DNA of 64,000 bases from an uncultured Pseudomonadota bacterium (GCA_963736005.1 CAVTNB010000001.1:832001-896000), one strand, 5' to 3'; positions 9,997 to 19,444 are shown, counted from the first letter of the stretch. The notes: generated by a model not told the origin, from the sequence alone. Numbers and translations are program-made.

Positions 9997-12340
9997 TGCT
10001 GCCTCCCAAGGGCTCGATAAACCGTATGGTTGTGCCCTTGCTTGACCTTTGAATGGTTACCTTCTTCGCGATTGCTCGAATCACGTTCAAACCATATCCT
10101 CCCCCATCGCCATGGGGAGCGCGCCATCGTCCGGAGTCGCTGACGTCGACCACGAGCTTTCCATGTTCAACTCTTCCCCAAACGCGCACCGTTCCTCCCT
10201 GAACTCCATACGCGTGCTGTATGCAGTTGGTAATCGCCTCGCCTAAGGCCACCTGAAACAGTTGAATGTTTTCCTCCGTCATTCCAGCAGCAACAAAGAG
10301 ACGGCGTAGCGACTGACGGAAGATGCGGCTACTCAGTGGCTTCGCCGGTAGCTCTAAATTCATTTCGCGCAGAGGTGCCGGGGCGCACGCGATCGTGAGA
10401 ACGGCAATGTCGTCTTTCGGCGCGGAGTCGGTGAGCATACTGACAATTTTTCCAGCGGCATTTGACTCGTGCGTCGCCAAAATCGATCGAATGGCTTCGA
10501 GAAGACGCTCCTCGCCATTCGGTATTGTGCTCCTGTTTTGCTCGACGAGCCCGTCGGTATAGAGCACAAGCAGCGACCCGTGTGACAACTCGAGGGATTG
10601 CTCCGGAAATTCTGCTTCGAGCGAGACACCAAGCGGGGGAGCCACTGGCTGACCGAAAGCAATCGAGCCGTCGGGATTAGCGACAATTGGCGGCGGATGA
10701 CCGGCACAGGCAAACGAGAACGTCATCTTCTCAAGGTCAACGACGCCAAACAATGCGGTAACCATCGATGGCCGGTCGTTGAGTAATAACAGATTCGCCC
10801 TCGCGAGAACGTTCGAGGGCGTGAGGTGCTCGAGAGCTGTCGCGCGGATGAGCAGCCGCACCGCGCTCATGGCGGCCGCAGCTTGCAGACCCTTCCCAGC
10901 GACATCGCCGATGGACACGCCAAGCCTGCCGTCTGGCAAGGTGAAGGCATCGTACCAATCGCCGCCTATCTCAGCTTCTTTTGCGCCCGGCACGTAGTGT
11001 GCGCGAAGGGTAATGCCGGGTAGCTCAGGCATCGACGTTGGCAGCGAAGCGCGCTGAAAGATGTCGGCCACGCGATGCTCGCGCTCGTAAAGCCTTGCAT
11101 TGTCATAGGCAAGCGCAACGCGGCGGGCGATGATCCCCGCAAAGTCCGCGTCTTCTTGGGAATACGCTTTCGCTGCACCGGTTGCAACAAGCGTCAGTGC
11201 CCCAAAGGTCTGTTGGCGCGCTATCAGGGGTACGGTCACTGCGTGACCGAGGCCAAAGCGTTTGAGCAACGTGCGTTGCTTGCGCGAGAGCGGGGAAGCG
11301 TCAATCTCTTCATCACCCACGGGCTCATGCAACTGGGGCCGCCCAGTTGCTATTGCTTGTTCAGCGCGGTGGCCGAAGCGAACCGCCTCGCCGGCGTCGA
11401 TCAAATCTTGCGCCTGCGCCGTCAATCCTGGGTCGCGATGAACCATAAGCGCTCTGCGTATTTCTCCCTCATCGGAAACGAGATCGATCGCGCACCAATC
11501 CGCCAGGCGTGGAACGAGCAGCTCAGCTGCGCGAGAGAGAGTCCTTTGTGGGTCGAGCGAAGTTGAAAGCACGCGGCCCAGTTGTGAAAGGAGCGCGACC
11601 TTCTCTTCAGATCGCTTTCTGCCCGTAATGTCTAAACTAAAGCCTGCCCACCCGGTCGTTACACCGTCGTTGTCTGTGAGCCGGACCCCGCGCGAAAGAA
11701 TTGAGTACATATTGCCATCGACGCCAAGCACCCGATATTCGTTTTCAAAAATAGCGTCCTCGGCCCGGTTGCGCCACGCCGCCATGAACCGCTCGTAATC
11801 ATCCGGCGGGACTCTGGAGCGAAAGCCGTTGTCGGCGATCCCCTCGACGCTCATGCCGAAGAGCCGGCAGTAGTTTTCGCTTGCATGGAGCAATTTCGAT
11901 CCGTCGGCGTTCGTCAACCACGTACCATATGGCAACATGTCACTGATTGCCGCATAGCGCTGTTGCATTTGATAGAGTGCTGACCGCGTTGCACGCAAAC
12001 CCGTCAGATGTTCGACCTGCTCTTTGGCGCGAGCCAAGTCAAACTGCGCGGCAGCTTCGGACTGAGTCCTCGTGCGAACGAGCTCAACAAGTATGACTGA
12101 CGCGACGACCGCAGCAAAAAAGAACAAAGCATTGATCCAAACAACCAGCGAGAGCGTTGAATAGCCGCTGGAGATGTCAAGAATGGTAAAGACGAGCGTT
12201 GCAAACGCGCCCAGAGCTAATCCCCAGCGGTAGCCTCCCAGGGCTGCGGCCGCGAGGAGCAGGACGTAGGCAATAGGCCGAAGTGTGACTTCCGGCCATA
12301 GATAACTGATAGAGCCGGCCGCAACCGTAAGCGCAAACAC
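9989..12340 (-). CDS. membrane PAS/GAF/PP2C (SpoIIE/RsbU-like) phosphatase with C-terminal HATPase domain; start uncertain
   Basis: N-terminal TM helices, PAS, ADWCAIDL GAF, IGGDWYD, GDVAGKG, AGHPPP, LYTDGL, DDIAVL, EAITNCIQH. Confidence 0.9.
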   Translation of the reverse strand: MFALTVAAGSISYLWPEVTLRPIAYVLLLAAAALGGYRWGLALGAFATLVFTILDISSGYSTLSLVVWINALFFFAAVVASVILVELVRTRTQSEAAAQFDLARAKEQVEHLTGLRATRSALYQMQQRYAAISDMLPYGTWLTNADGSKLLHASENYCRLFGMSVEGIADNGFRSRVPPDDYERFMAAWRNRAEDAIFENEYRVLGVDGNMYSILSRGVRLTDNDGVTTGWAGFSLDITGRKRSEEKVALLSQLGRVLSTSLDPQRTLSRAAELLVPRLADWCAIDLVSDEGEIRRALMVHRDPGLTAQAQDLIDAGEAVRFGHRAEQAIATGRPQLHEPVGDEEIDASPLSRKQRTLLKRFGLGHAVTVPLIARQQTFGALTLVATGAAKAYSQEDADFAGIIARRVALAYDNARLYEREHRVADIFQRASLPTSMPELPGITLRAHYVPGAKEAEIGGDWYDAFTLPDGRLGVSIGDVAGKGLQAAAAMSAVRLLIRATALEHLTPSNVLARANLLLLNDRPSMVTALFGVVDLEKMTFSFACAGHPPPIVANPDGSIAFGQPVAPPLGVSLEAEFPEQSLELSHGSLLVLYTDGLVEQNRSTIPNGEERLLEAIRSILATHESNAAGKIVSMLTDSAPKDDIAVLTIACAPAPLREMNLELPAKPLSSRIFRQSLRRLFVAAGMTEENIQLFQVALGEAITNCIQHAYGVQGGTVRVWGRVEHGKLVVDVSDSGRWRAPHGDGGGYGLNVIRAIAKKVTIQRSSKGTTIRFIEPLGGSND

Positions 12341-12436
12341 CGCAAAGAGACCAAGCGCCTGCGTTGTCTTTGAAATCCTTAGCGTAGGAAACGTGCCTCC
12401 GCCGCGTCACTCTTTCCGCGGACTGCCTTTGTTGCA

Positions 12437-12462
12437 TTACCCGAAGCTTGCTTGCTTGAAAC
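12437..12462 (-). promoter_or_regulatory. SigB-type promoter GTTTCA-N14-GGGTAA upstream of the phosphatase/STAS operon
   Basis: Matches the B. subtilis SigB consensus with correct spacing. Confidence 0.65.
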
Positions 12463-12623
12463 ATTTCTCGCCGGGGCAATGACGCAGTCGCTCCAGGATA
12501 AACTCCGGGAACCGACTGCCCGTAACACCTACCCGGTGTGGGCGACGGTCAAACTCTTTTTTTGGCGGCGTTCTCGGCTTAGTGGTTGGCGAAGCGGGTA
12601 CGAGGATGGCGGAGGCAGCTAAC

Positions 12624-12833
12624 ATGGCAAAACGCACCAAGCGAAAATATTCCCCAAAGGCAGGCAAAAAAGTCGAGCGAGTGATGCGCGAAATGAAGGA
12701 AGGCAAACTCCGTTCGGGCCGATCCGGCAGAAAGGTTACGAACCGAAAGCAGGCGATTGCCATCGGCCTTTCTGAGGCACGAGAATCCGGAGCGAAAGTG
12801 CCACCGAGTCCTCGCAAGCGTCGCCGCGCTTGA
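12624..12833 (+). CDS. DUF6496-like small basic protein (copy 1)
   Basis: KVERVMREMKEGKLRSGRSG..KQAIAIGLSEAR; GGAGG RBS. Confidence 0.85.
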   Translation: MAKRTKRKYSPKAGKKVERVMREMKEGKLRSGRSGRKVTNRKQAIAIGLSEARESGAKVPPSPRKRRRA

Positions 12834-13291
12834 GCGCGGTGATAATGTCTCACATTGACGTCTCGCAAGGTGCGACGGAACCGGCAAGCGGTTTGCCCGA
12901 GGGCCGAGTTAACCTCAACGTGCCCAAAGACCCCACCTTCATTGCAGCCGCCAGACTTACAGCGGCCGGGGTCGGACTACGCGCTGGCCTTTCGTTCGAG
13001 GTGATTGAAGATCTCAAGATCATCGTGGCCGAGGCATGCACCTTTTGCATTGTGGATGGAGGCACGGCGGGGCGCCTGCGAATTGCGTTTGAAGCTCGAC
13101 CAGATTGCTTTGTCGTTTTGGTAACAGACCCACATTTCAACATGGCTCGTCTTGGCGATGGCGGCGTTTCTTTGGTTGAGGACCGCATCGTCGATGAATT
13201 AGCCATTATCCGCGGCCTAACTGATGAGTTTGAGTGTCATGCTGCACTTGGCGGCGGCTTGCTCCTGCGGATGACCAAGAGAACCCGCTAA
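12830..13291 (+). CDS. RsbW-like anti-sigma factor with degenerate ATP-binding boxes
   Basis: ARLTAAGVG..IEDLKIIVAEACT; directly upstream of the sigma gene; alternative ATG at 12845. Confidence 0.75.
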   Translation: MSAVIMSHIDVSQGATEPASGLPEGRVNLNVPKDPTFIAAARLTAAGVGLRAGLSFEVIEDLKIIVAEACTFCIVDGGTAGRLRIAFEARPDCFVVLVTDPHFNMARLGDGGVSLVEDRIVDELAIIRGLTDEFECHAALGGGLLLRMTKRTR

Positions 13292-13292
13292 G

Positions 13293-14078
13293 ATGCAGCA
13301 ATCAGCCGCGCAGGAGCAACCAAAGGGCACGTCGCTAGACCGCGCCAAGCTCCGCCAATTACTGATCGAGTACGCGACGACGCGGTCAGCGGCCATTCGC
13401 GAAGAGCTCGTCCTCATGCATCTCAACGTAGTTCGGTACTTGGCAACGAAATTTGCGAATCGCGGGGAACCCCTTGAGGACCTCATCCAAGTAGGGTCGC
13501 TTGGATTACTCAAAGCGATTGATCGCTTCGATCCCAATCGGGGGGTCGAGTTCATCACCTACGCGATGCCCACGATCCTTGGTGAAATCAAACGCCATTT
13601 TCGAGATAAAGGCTGGGCCTTGCGCGTGCCGCGCCGGCTGCAGGAGCTAAGCCTTTCCGTCAATCGGGTGGCTGAGAGCATGTCGGTGGAGCTCGGACGA
13701 TCGGTGACGGTTGACGAGATCGCCCAGACGTTACACGCAAGCTCAGAGGAAATCATCGAAGCGCAAGAACTTGGTAGCTCGTATTGCACGCTGTCACTCA
13801 ACGCGCAAGTCACAGGCGATCGCCATTCCCGCACCAGCACACTTGCAGATCAGCTCGGCAGTGAGGATGCAGAATTTACTCTTTTGGAGCATAGAGTCTG
13901 CCTGAAGCAAGCGTGCAAGGTTCTGGAGCCGAAGGAACGTGCCGTGATCCTCCTGCGCTTCTTCGGGGAAGTCTCTCAAGCCGAAATCGCGCGACGCTTG
14001 GGTATTTCGCAAATGCAAGTTTCGCGATTGCAGCAGCGAGCCGTCGATAAGATACGGCTCACGATCCTCGGCGAATAG
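13293..14078 (+). CDS. RNA polymerase sigma factor, SigB/SigF/SigG family
   Basis: DLIQVGSLGLLKAIDRFD, GEIKRHFRDKGWALRVPRRLQE, SQAEIARRLGISQMQVSRL. Confidence 0.93.
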   Translation: MQQSAAQEQPKGTSLDRAKLRQLLIEYATTRSAAIREELVLMHLNVVRYLATKFANRGEPLEDLIQVGSLGLLKAIDRFDPNRGVEFITYAMPTILGEIKRHFRDKGWALRVPRRLQELSLSVNRVAESMSVELGRSVTVDEIAQTLHASSEEIIEAQELGSSYCTLSLNAQVTGDRHSRTSTLADQLGSEDAEFTLLEHRVCLKQACKVLEPKERAVILLRFFGEVSQAEIARRLGISQMQVSRLQQRAVDKIRLTILGE

Positions 14079-14104
14079 GCGCTGGCACCCAGGACCTTAC
14101 ACGC

Positions 14105-14473
14105 TCAGTCCTTGTCGTCCAAGAGCTCGATGCTGTACATTTGCCACCACCCAAGTTGGGCATGGGCAAAAGCGCTCGGCGCGGATAATGCGATGAGTTC
14201 CGCCACCTCGTAATCGAGGCCCTGACGCATCGAGACGACGCGCAAACCTTGAAGCTCGGCCAGCGCATCGTCGATGGCCTTGCTTTCCTCTCGAAGGGTT
14301 AGAGCCAAACTTACCCGATCGAATTCAACAAATCCGTCGTCCCAGCCCAGCACGTACAACATCTCTAGGAGCCGACGACTCAGGGGCCCAATCACGCCGG
14401 CTCGACAAAGCGCCTCCGTGTGGGAGAGCACGTCAGACACGGAATTCGGTATAGCGAGCACAACGCTTTTCAT
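14105..14473 (-). CDS. hypothetical protein
   Basis: 122-aa ORF with 4-bp overlap with the HAD gene. Confidence 0.6.
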   Translation of the reverse strand: MKSVVLAIPNSVSDVLSHTEALCRAGVIGPLSRRLLEMLYVLGWDDGFVEFDRVSLALTLREESKAIDDALAELQGLRVVSMRQGLDYEVAELIALSAPSAFAHAQLGWWQMYSIELLDDKD

Positions 14474-15195
14474 CGAACGGCTCGCACGTTCGAAATGTTC
14501 GCCTCGGCCTTCATCGTATGTCGTGACCCAACCGATTCAAAGAGCGCACCTTGAAGATCTGCCGGATCGTCAAAGATACCATCGGCCCCAGCGAGGTCGT
14601 TGACGCTCCAACCGCCGCAGCGCAAAGCGACAACAAAGACCTCAGCTTCGTGCGCTGCAGCGACGTCGTATGGGCTATCGCCGATGGAAAGTGCTTCATC
14701 CCTTCCAAGCGAGAGGCATTCCAACGCGAACAACAATGGGTCTGGCCACGGCTTCGAACGCGTCACGTCGTCCGCGCAGATGCGCACGGGGAGCACATCG
14801 CCGAGCTTTGCGACGTCCAACACGGCCGCAAGTTCTGTTTTCGATGCGGAACTGACCGCGACAATCTTCTTTCGATGGCGATGAAGCTCTTCGAGAAGCT
14901 CACGCGCGCCGCGAGTTGGCCGGAGGCGTGTCAAGTATTCGTTTGCGAAGATGCGACGGTGAGCTGCCATGACTTCCTCCCGCTCGTCTTTCCCCAATTT
15001 CGGTTTGAGGCTTTGAACGAGGTCCGACCCGGCGAGGCCGACGAGCGTGCGGATGCGCCAAGGAGGCGCATCGAAGATCCCACTCTCAGCAAAGGCGCGT
15101 GACCAGGCTAGCGCGTGAGCCGGATTGCTCTCGACGAGTGTGCCGTCAACGTCGAAGATAAAACCCCGCGCCTTCTCACTGAGCATCGCGTCCAT
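14470..15195 (-). CDS. HAD-IA family hydrolase
   Basis: FDVDGTLVES, KPWPD, IGDSPYD. Confidence 0.9.
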   Translation of the reverse strand: MDAMLSEKARGFIFDVDGTLVESNPAHALAWSRAFAESGIFDAPPWRIRTLVGLAGSDLVQSLKPKLGKDEREEVMAAHRRIFANEYLTRLRPTRGARELLEELHRHRKKIVAVSSASKTELAAVLDVAKLGDVLPVRICADDVTRSKPWPDPLLFALECLSLGRDEALSIGDSPYDVAAAHEAEVFVVALRCGGWSVNDLAGADGIFDDPADLQGALFESVGSRHTMKAEANISNVRAVR

Positions 15196-15354
15196 CTCGC
15201 GTCTCCGCTCCGATCAATGCACCCATGGCGACAAAAACGATACCAAGCAGTACCGAGGCCGAGAGGACTTCGGTTGAGGCGCTCAAGACCATGTCGTGCT
15301 CTCCCTTCGAGACCTGTCACGTGCTTGATTCCCGGTCTCAGCCTTTGTGAAACC

Positions 15355-15380
15355 GTTTGGTGTTTCGGCCGTTTGGGTAT
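15355..15380 (+). promoter_or_regulatory. SigB-type promoter GTTTGG-N14-GGGTAT
   Basis: Consensus match upstream of ORF 15415. Confidence 0.6.
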
Positions 15381-15414
15381 CAAAGCACACGGACAGAAAG
15401 CGAGGAAGTTGGAG

Positions 15415-15708
15415 ATGGTGAAACAATTCAACGAGTTTGTTGACAGTGCGCAAGATGCAACAGCGCGGGCTGCAAAGACTCCAGCTGGCAAGACGGCACG
15501 CGAGCTGACGGAGCGAGTTGAGCGCGTGGTCCGAGATCGTCCGACGAACGCCCTTCTGCGAGCAACGTTGCTGGGTGCGACTGGCTTGGCGATGCTGCTT
15601 TCCTTAGGCTTTGCGCTCGGCAACCGCAAGCACGAAGCGCTCTATGTCGGCCAGTGGGTGCCAACTCTTTTGCTGGTGGCGCTTTGGGGTCAAACCGTAA
15701 AGCGTTAG
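15415..15708 (+). CDS. small membrane protein
   Basis: C-terminal hydrophobic segments with ALYVGQWVPTLLLVALW. Confidence 0.7.
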   Translation: MVKQFNEFVDSAQDATARAAKTPAGKTARELTERVERVVRDRPTNALLRATLLGATGLAMLLSLGFALGNRKHEALYVGQWVPTLLLVALWGQTVKR

Positions 15709-15728
15709 CGGCGTTTGGGGTACCAACT

Positions 15729-15753
15729 GTTTAAGCCTCTTTGTCACGGGTAA
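15729..15753 (+). promoter_or_regulatory. SigB-type promoter GTTTAA-N13-GGGTAA
   Basis: Perfect consensus upstream of the 15796-16865 small-gene cluster. Confidence 0.75.
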
Positions 15754-15795
15754 CACAGCAAAAGAGTTCTTGCTACAACTCTCTAGGAGGAATAC

Positions 15796-15951
15796 ATGGG
15801 TGGCATACTGTGGACAATTATTGTAATCTTATTCGTCTTGTGGCTCATCGGTTTTCTGATGCATATCGGCGGCGGACTCATTCATCTACTTCTTGTCATC
15901 GCCGTTGTCGTCTTGGTGATCAATCTTCTCACCGGTCGCAAGACCGTCTGA
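15796..15951 (+). CDS. lmo0937/DUF5670-family small membrane protein (51 aa, missing from ORF track)
   Basis: AGGAGG RBS; MGGILWTIIVILFVLWLIGFLMHIGGGLIHLLLVIAVVVLVINLLTGRKTV. Confidence 0.9.
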   Translation: MGGILWTIIVILFVLWLIGFLMHIGGGLIHLLLVIAVVVLVINLLTGRKTV

Positions 15952-15975
15952 TTCCGTCTTGAGCGGGAGGTTACG

Positions 15976-16239
15976 ATGGATATATTGGCTTGGGTAGTCG
16001 TCGGCATTATTGCCGGGTTCTTGGCGAAAACTATGGTTCCAGGGGAAGGCCCCGGCGGCGTCTTGGGTGATCTTGTGGTGGGCGTTGTCGGGGCTCTCCT
16101 CGGAGGCTGGATTTTTAATAGCTTCGGGCACATGGGAGTCACCGGATTAAACCTCTGGAGCATTTTGGTTGCGTTTGTGGGCGGCGTCGTCTTGCTCCTC
16201 ATTATTCGATTGATCACGGGCAGCCGGGTGGTGGCATAG
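15976..16239 (+). CDS. GlsB/YeaQ/YmgE family stress-response membrane protein
   Basis: WVVVGIIAGFLAK..GVVGALLGGWIF..SILVAFVGGVVLL. Confidence 0.9.
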   Translation: MDILAWVVVGIIAGFLAKTMVPGEGPGGVLGDLVVGVVGALLGGWIFNSFGHMGVTGLNLWSILVAFVGGVVLLLIIRLITGSRVVA

Positions 16240-16446
16240 ATGGCCAAGCGAAAATCTGGCCATCGAAAGTACGGAAAGAAAGCCGGCGAGAAGGTCGAGC
16301 GCGCGATGCACGAACGAAAGCATGGTAAGCTCCGATCCGGTCGGTCCGGCAAGAAAGTTAAAAGTCGTAAACAAGCCATCGCCATTGCCCTTTCGGAAGC
16401 CAGAAAAAGCGGTGCAAAAGTTCCCAAGAAAAAGTCGTCACGCTAA
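16240..16446 (+). CDS. DUF6496-like small basic protein (copy 2)
   Basis: KVERAMHERKHGKLRSGRSG..KQAIAIALSEAR. Confidence 0.85.
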   Translation: MAKRKSGHRKYGKKAGEKVERAMHERKHGKLRSGRSGKKVKSRKQAIAIALSEARKSGAKVPKKKSSR

Positions 16447-16466
16447 CAAGAAAGGGGCTAATCGTA

Positions 16467-16865
16467 ATGCGCATCGGTGTCGCTATCGTCTGTCTTCTTA
16501 TGGTCCTTGCCATCAGCAGTCCAGGGCTGGCTGCTCATCCAGACGTCACGGTTCGAATGCTCAGTCAAAACCACTCCGGCGAAAATGGTTCTGCCACGCT
16601 CACCGATCTAAATGGGAGAACGAGAGTCGTCATTCATCTCTTGCACGAAAACACGACGGGTATTCAGCCGGCGCACATACATGCCGGCACGTGTGCCAAG
16701 CTCAACCCAGCGCCAAAATACCCGCTGAAGAATGTCGTTTTGGGAGATTCGAACACGATCGTTGACGTCCCCATAACCGCGCTCTTAGGTGGGCGTTATG
16801 CGATCAATGTCCACGAGTCTGCAAAGAATATCGCACAATACGTTTCATGCGGAAACATCCCATAA
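16467..16865 (+). CDS. secreted CHRD / Cu,Zn-SOD-like small protein
   Basis: Signal peptide; QPAHIHAGTC, YAINVHES, YVSCGNI. Confidence 0.65.
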   Translation: MRIGVAIVCLLMVLAISSPGLAAHPDVTVRMLSQNHSGENGSATLTDLNGRTRVVIHLLHENTTGIQPAHIHAGTCAKLNPAPKYPLKNVVLGDSNTIVDVPITALLGGRYAINVHESAKNIAQYVSCGNIP

Positions 16866-16966
16866 GCAAGCTCGAAAAAAGCGCACGAAAGATCGACATA
16901 CCCTGATTGCGGCGTTAGCGGGAGTAACCCACCCCGTTCACGCCGCAACGGCAAATGACGCAGCAG

Positions 16967-17542
16967 TCACTTCGGACGGTGTTTCTTGGCGAACACTTTC
17001 TGCGTCTTCTCGACGATTCGCAGAGCCCGCGTGGCGTTCACGGTACCCTTTATTTTGATGCGGTTACCTTGTTGCTCGGAATAACTCTTTAAGAAGTTTT
17101 TAATCTCAAGCAAGAGCGGTTCAGGAACGTCGGCGATGTCTTTGTAATCATCAGAAGGCTGCGGCGCCCCTTTACTCGGAAGCAACGTGCTGATCAACCG
17201 GTCATTCTCAATGCCGTTTTTTAACTCCCGAATAGCGCCAAGAACTCGCACGGTCACTAAACAGCCGGAAAAGAGCCCTTCTTGAGTGATGACTAAGATG
17301 TCAAGGGGGTCACCGTCTGGCGCCAACGTGCCGGGAATAAAGCCGTAGTCGTACGGCCAATGCATACCGTCTGGCAGGACCTCTTTGAGGGCGATAATGC
17401 CATATTTGTTCTTAAGGGCGTATTTGTGAGGACTGTTCTTGCACGTTTCTATAATCGCGTGAACGGTATTTTTCTTTCGTTTCTTTGGAAAAGTCGGCAG
17501 ATCTTCATAATGCGTCGCATTCACGCTCTTGCTCACTAGCAT
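16967..17542 (-). CDS. ppa: family I inorganic pyrophosphatase
   Basis: PYDYGFIPGTLAPDGDPLDIL; GGAGG RBS before ATG 17542. Confidence 0.88.
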   Translation of the reverse strand: MLVSKSVNATHYEDLPTFPKKRKKNTVHAIIETCKNSPHKYALKNKYGIIALKEVLPDGMHWPYDYGFIPGTLAPDGDPLDILVITQEGLFSGCLVTVRVLGAIRELKNGIENDRLISTLLPSKGAPQPSDDYKDIADVPEPLLLEIKNFLKSYSEQQGNRIKIKGTVNATRALRIVEKTQKVFAKKHRPK

Positions 17543-17655
17543 CAGCCTCCTTTGGCTTGTTTGTAGGATCTGCCACAGCGGCGCAGAGTAAAAGCGTAGG
17601 CTGTGGGTATAGGTCATCACCACTGAATCTCTGACCGAAAGGACCGGTATGACGA

Positions 17656-18204
17656 ATGAAAATTGAAACCTTGCGCGATCTTTGGATCGACGAACTTAAA
17701 GACCTGTACAACGCAGAAAAACAGATCCTCAGCGCGCTACCAAAGATGGCCAAAGCTGCAACGTCGGACGACTTGCAACAAGCGTTTGAGGAGCACCTCG
17801 AGCAAACTCGAGAGCACGTTGAACGGCTCGACCAAATTTTTGACTCGATCGACGAAGCGCCACGGGGCAAGAAGTGTAAAGGCGTCGAAGGCATCATCGC
17901 CGAGGGTAAAGATATGCTCGAGTTAGATCTGTCAGAAGCGGTCGGGGACGCGGCCCTCATCGCGGCGGGGCAGCGAGTCGAACACTATGAGATAGCCGCC
18001 TACGGTACAGCGCGGACCTACGCTGACTTGCTTGGCGAAACCAGGGCGGTGCAACTGCTGCAACAGACCTTAGACGAAGAAAAAGACACCGATCAACGAT
18101 TGACGACCATCGCGGAGCAAGTCAATCTGGAGGCACAAGAAGTCGACGAGGACGAGGCTCCTTCGGGCAATCACAAGCGTCAGCTGGCTGAGTCGCGACG
18201 ATAA
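17656..18204 (+). CDS. YciF/DUF892 ferritin-like protein
   Basis: ELKDLYNAEKQ, QRVEHYEIAAYGT, TLDEEKDTDQRLT. Confidence 0.92.
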   Translation: MKIETLRDLWIDELKDLYNAEKQILSALPKMAKAATSDDLQQAFEEHLEQTREHVERLDQIFDSIDEAPRGKKCKGVEGIIAEGKDMLELDLSEAVGDAALIAAGQRVEHYEIAAYGTARTYADLLGETRAVQLLQQTLDEEKDTDQRLTTIAEQVNLEAQEVDEDEAPSGNHKRQLAESRR

Positions 18205-18211
18205 GGGATTA

Positions 18212-18242
18212 AAGGCCGCACGACTAAGTCGTGCGGCCTTTC
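18212..18242 (+). terminator. probable intrinsic terminator
   Basis: AAGGCCGCACGAC-TAA-GTCGTGCGGCCTT perfect hairpin after the yciF-like gene. Confidence 0.7.
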
Positions 18243-18617
18243 CCCCAGACAGGCTCTTTCTTCATTGCTCTTACTGCAATCCTCAAGTCGCCGATAAATT
18301 TGGCCATTTGTTTGCGACGCGTCTTGTCGTCTGGAGCGCGCAAGATTGCCGATGGATGGAAGCTCGGTCCGAGTAGTGCTTGCGCCCGAGTCGCTGGGCT
18401 CCGAGTGTATTCTCCGCTTTCCGCGCCACACGTATTTGAAGTGCTTTACCGCATTGGTACGAAAGGGTGTCCGGTTTGGTCTTCGATATCGCCGGGCTGC
18501 TCGCCGACGAGCATGACCCTTGCGTGCGCGCGACCCTCACCAACTGCCGCCGCCGCCGCCCGGAGATTTGTCAGATTTTTCGCAGGAAGGTAGTCTGCGG
18601 CGCTAATTCTTTTTCAT
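18224..18617 (-). pseudogene. udgX: UdgX-family uracil-DNA binding protein pseudogene with multiple internal deletions
   Basis: Ordered fragments across frames: SAADYLP..LRAAAA, GEG..RVMLVGEQPGDIEDQTGHPF, TNAVKHFKYVWRGKRRIH, AQALLGPSF, HPSAILRAPD. Confidence 0.85.
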
Positions 18618-18672
18618 ATACCCAAGACTTGCCGGTAATTAACGCTCTCTGCCGGTTTCTTAACCTGAACTT

Positions 18673-18698
18673 GTTTTCGCGAACGCCAACGAGGGAAT
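18673..18698 (+). promoter_or_regulatory. SigB-type promoter GTTTTC-N14-GGGAAT
   Basis: Consensus match 9 nt before ATG 18708. Confidence 0.6.
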
Positions 18699-18707
18699 AA
18701 GCGAAAT

Positions 18708-19124
18708 ATGATCGCGATGTTCAACCGAGACTACCCACCAAGCGCGCAGTGGGTGCGCAACGCAAGGGACGATGTTACTCGTTTCGCCGAATACTGCGGA
18801 TTCGAACGCGAGGAACTCGCGGAAATAAGGCTGGCCGTTGGGGAAGCCTGCAACAACGCGGTCGAGCACGCCGGATCATTCGATAACTTCAATGTGTGGT
18901 GCGAGTTTGATGGCACGAGCGTCGTGGTCAGGGTTGAAGATAAGGGCATCGGTTTTCATCTGCCGGCAACACCGGTAGAACGCGACCAACTTCAACCGCG
19001 CGGTCTGGGGATATTTCTCATGAACCGCTTGATGGATAAGACTGACTACGCCACCAAACCCAATGACGGAACCATCTTGACGTTGGAGAAGCGCAAGAGA
19101 AGCGGAAGCCTAGTCGCGTTCTAA
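18708..19124 (+). CDS. RsbW/SpoIIAB-like anti-sigma Ser/Thr kinase (HATPase)
   Basis: LAVGEACNNAVEHA, VEDKGIGF, RGLGIFLMNRLMD. Confidence 0.88.
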   Translation: MIAMFNRDYPPSAQWVRNARDDVTRFAEYCGFEREELAEIRLAVGEACNNAVEHAGSFDNFNVWCEFDGTSVVVRVEDKGIGFHLPATPVERDQLQPRGLGIFLMNRLMDKTDYATKPNDGTILTLEKRKRSGSLVAF

Positions 19125-19136
19125 GCCGATCCCCCC

Positions 19137-19385
19137 TTACCGAACGATGGTTGTGGTATCTCGATTGCGATTGAGAACGACCGCGATAATGACGATGACC
19201 GCAACCACAATAACGCCGATGATGATCCAGGTGTTGGTGTCTGGAGTGGTCGTGTTTGTAACATTTGTCGTGGTCGTGGTCCCCGTTGTGTATACGGGTT
19301 CCGGGGTCGCGGTTTGCGTTTGGTCGGTTGGAGCAACAGTTGGCTGATCGGTGCTTTGTGCCACAATCAAGTTTCCATGTATCAT
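19137..19385 (-). CDS. small Thr-rich single-pass membrane protein
   Basis: Thr-rich stretch followed by WIIIGVIVVAVIVIIAVVL; SigB-like promoter at 19445-19470. Confidence 0.65.
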   Translation of the reverse strand: MIHGNLIVAQSTDQPTVAPTDQTQTATPEPVYTTGTTTTTNVTNTTTPDTNTWIIIGVIVVAVIVIIAVVLNRNRDTTTIVR

Positions 19386-19444
19386 TTTCTCATCCTCAAC
19401 TTTGCAAATGCGGAGTGCGATTAGTTGACCGGCCACGTCGAGGT

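Noticed and set aside
12480..12560. Hairpin-like segment between the divergent phosphatase and sigma operons
   Set aside because: Weak pairing in GC-rich DNA; no covariation evidence available.
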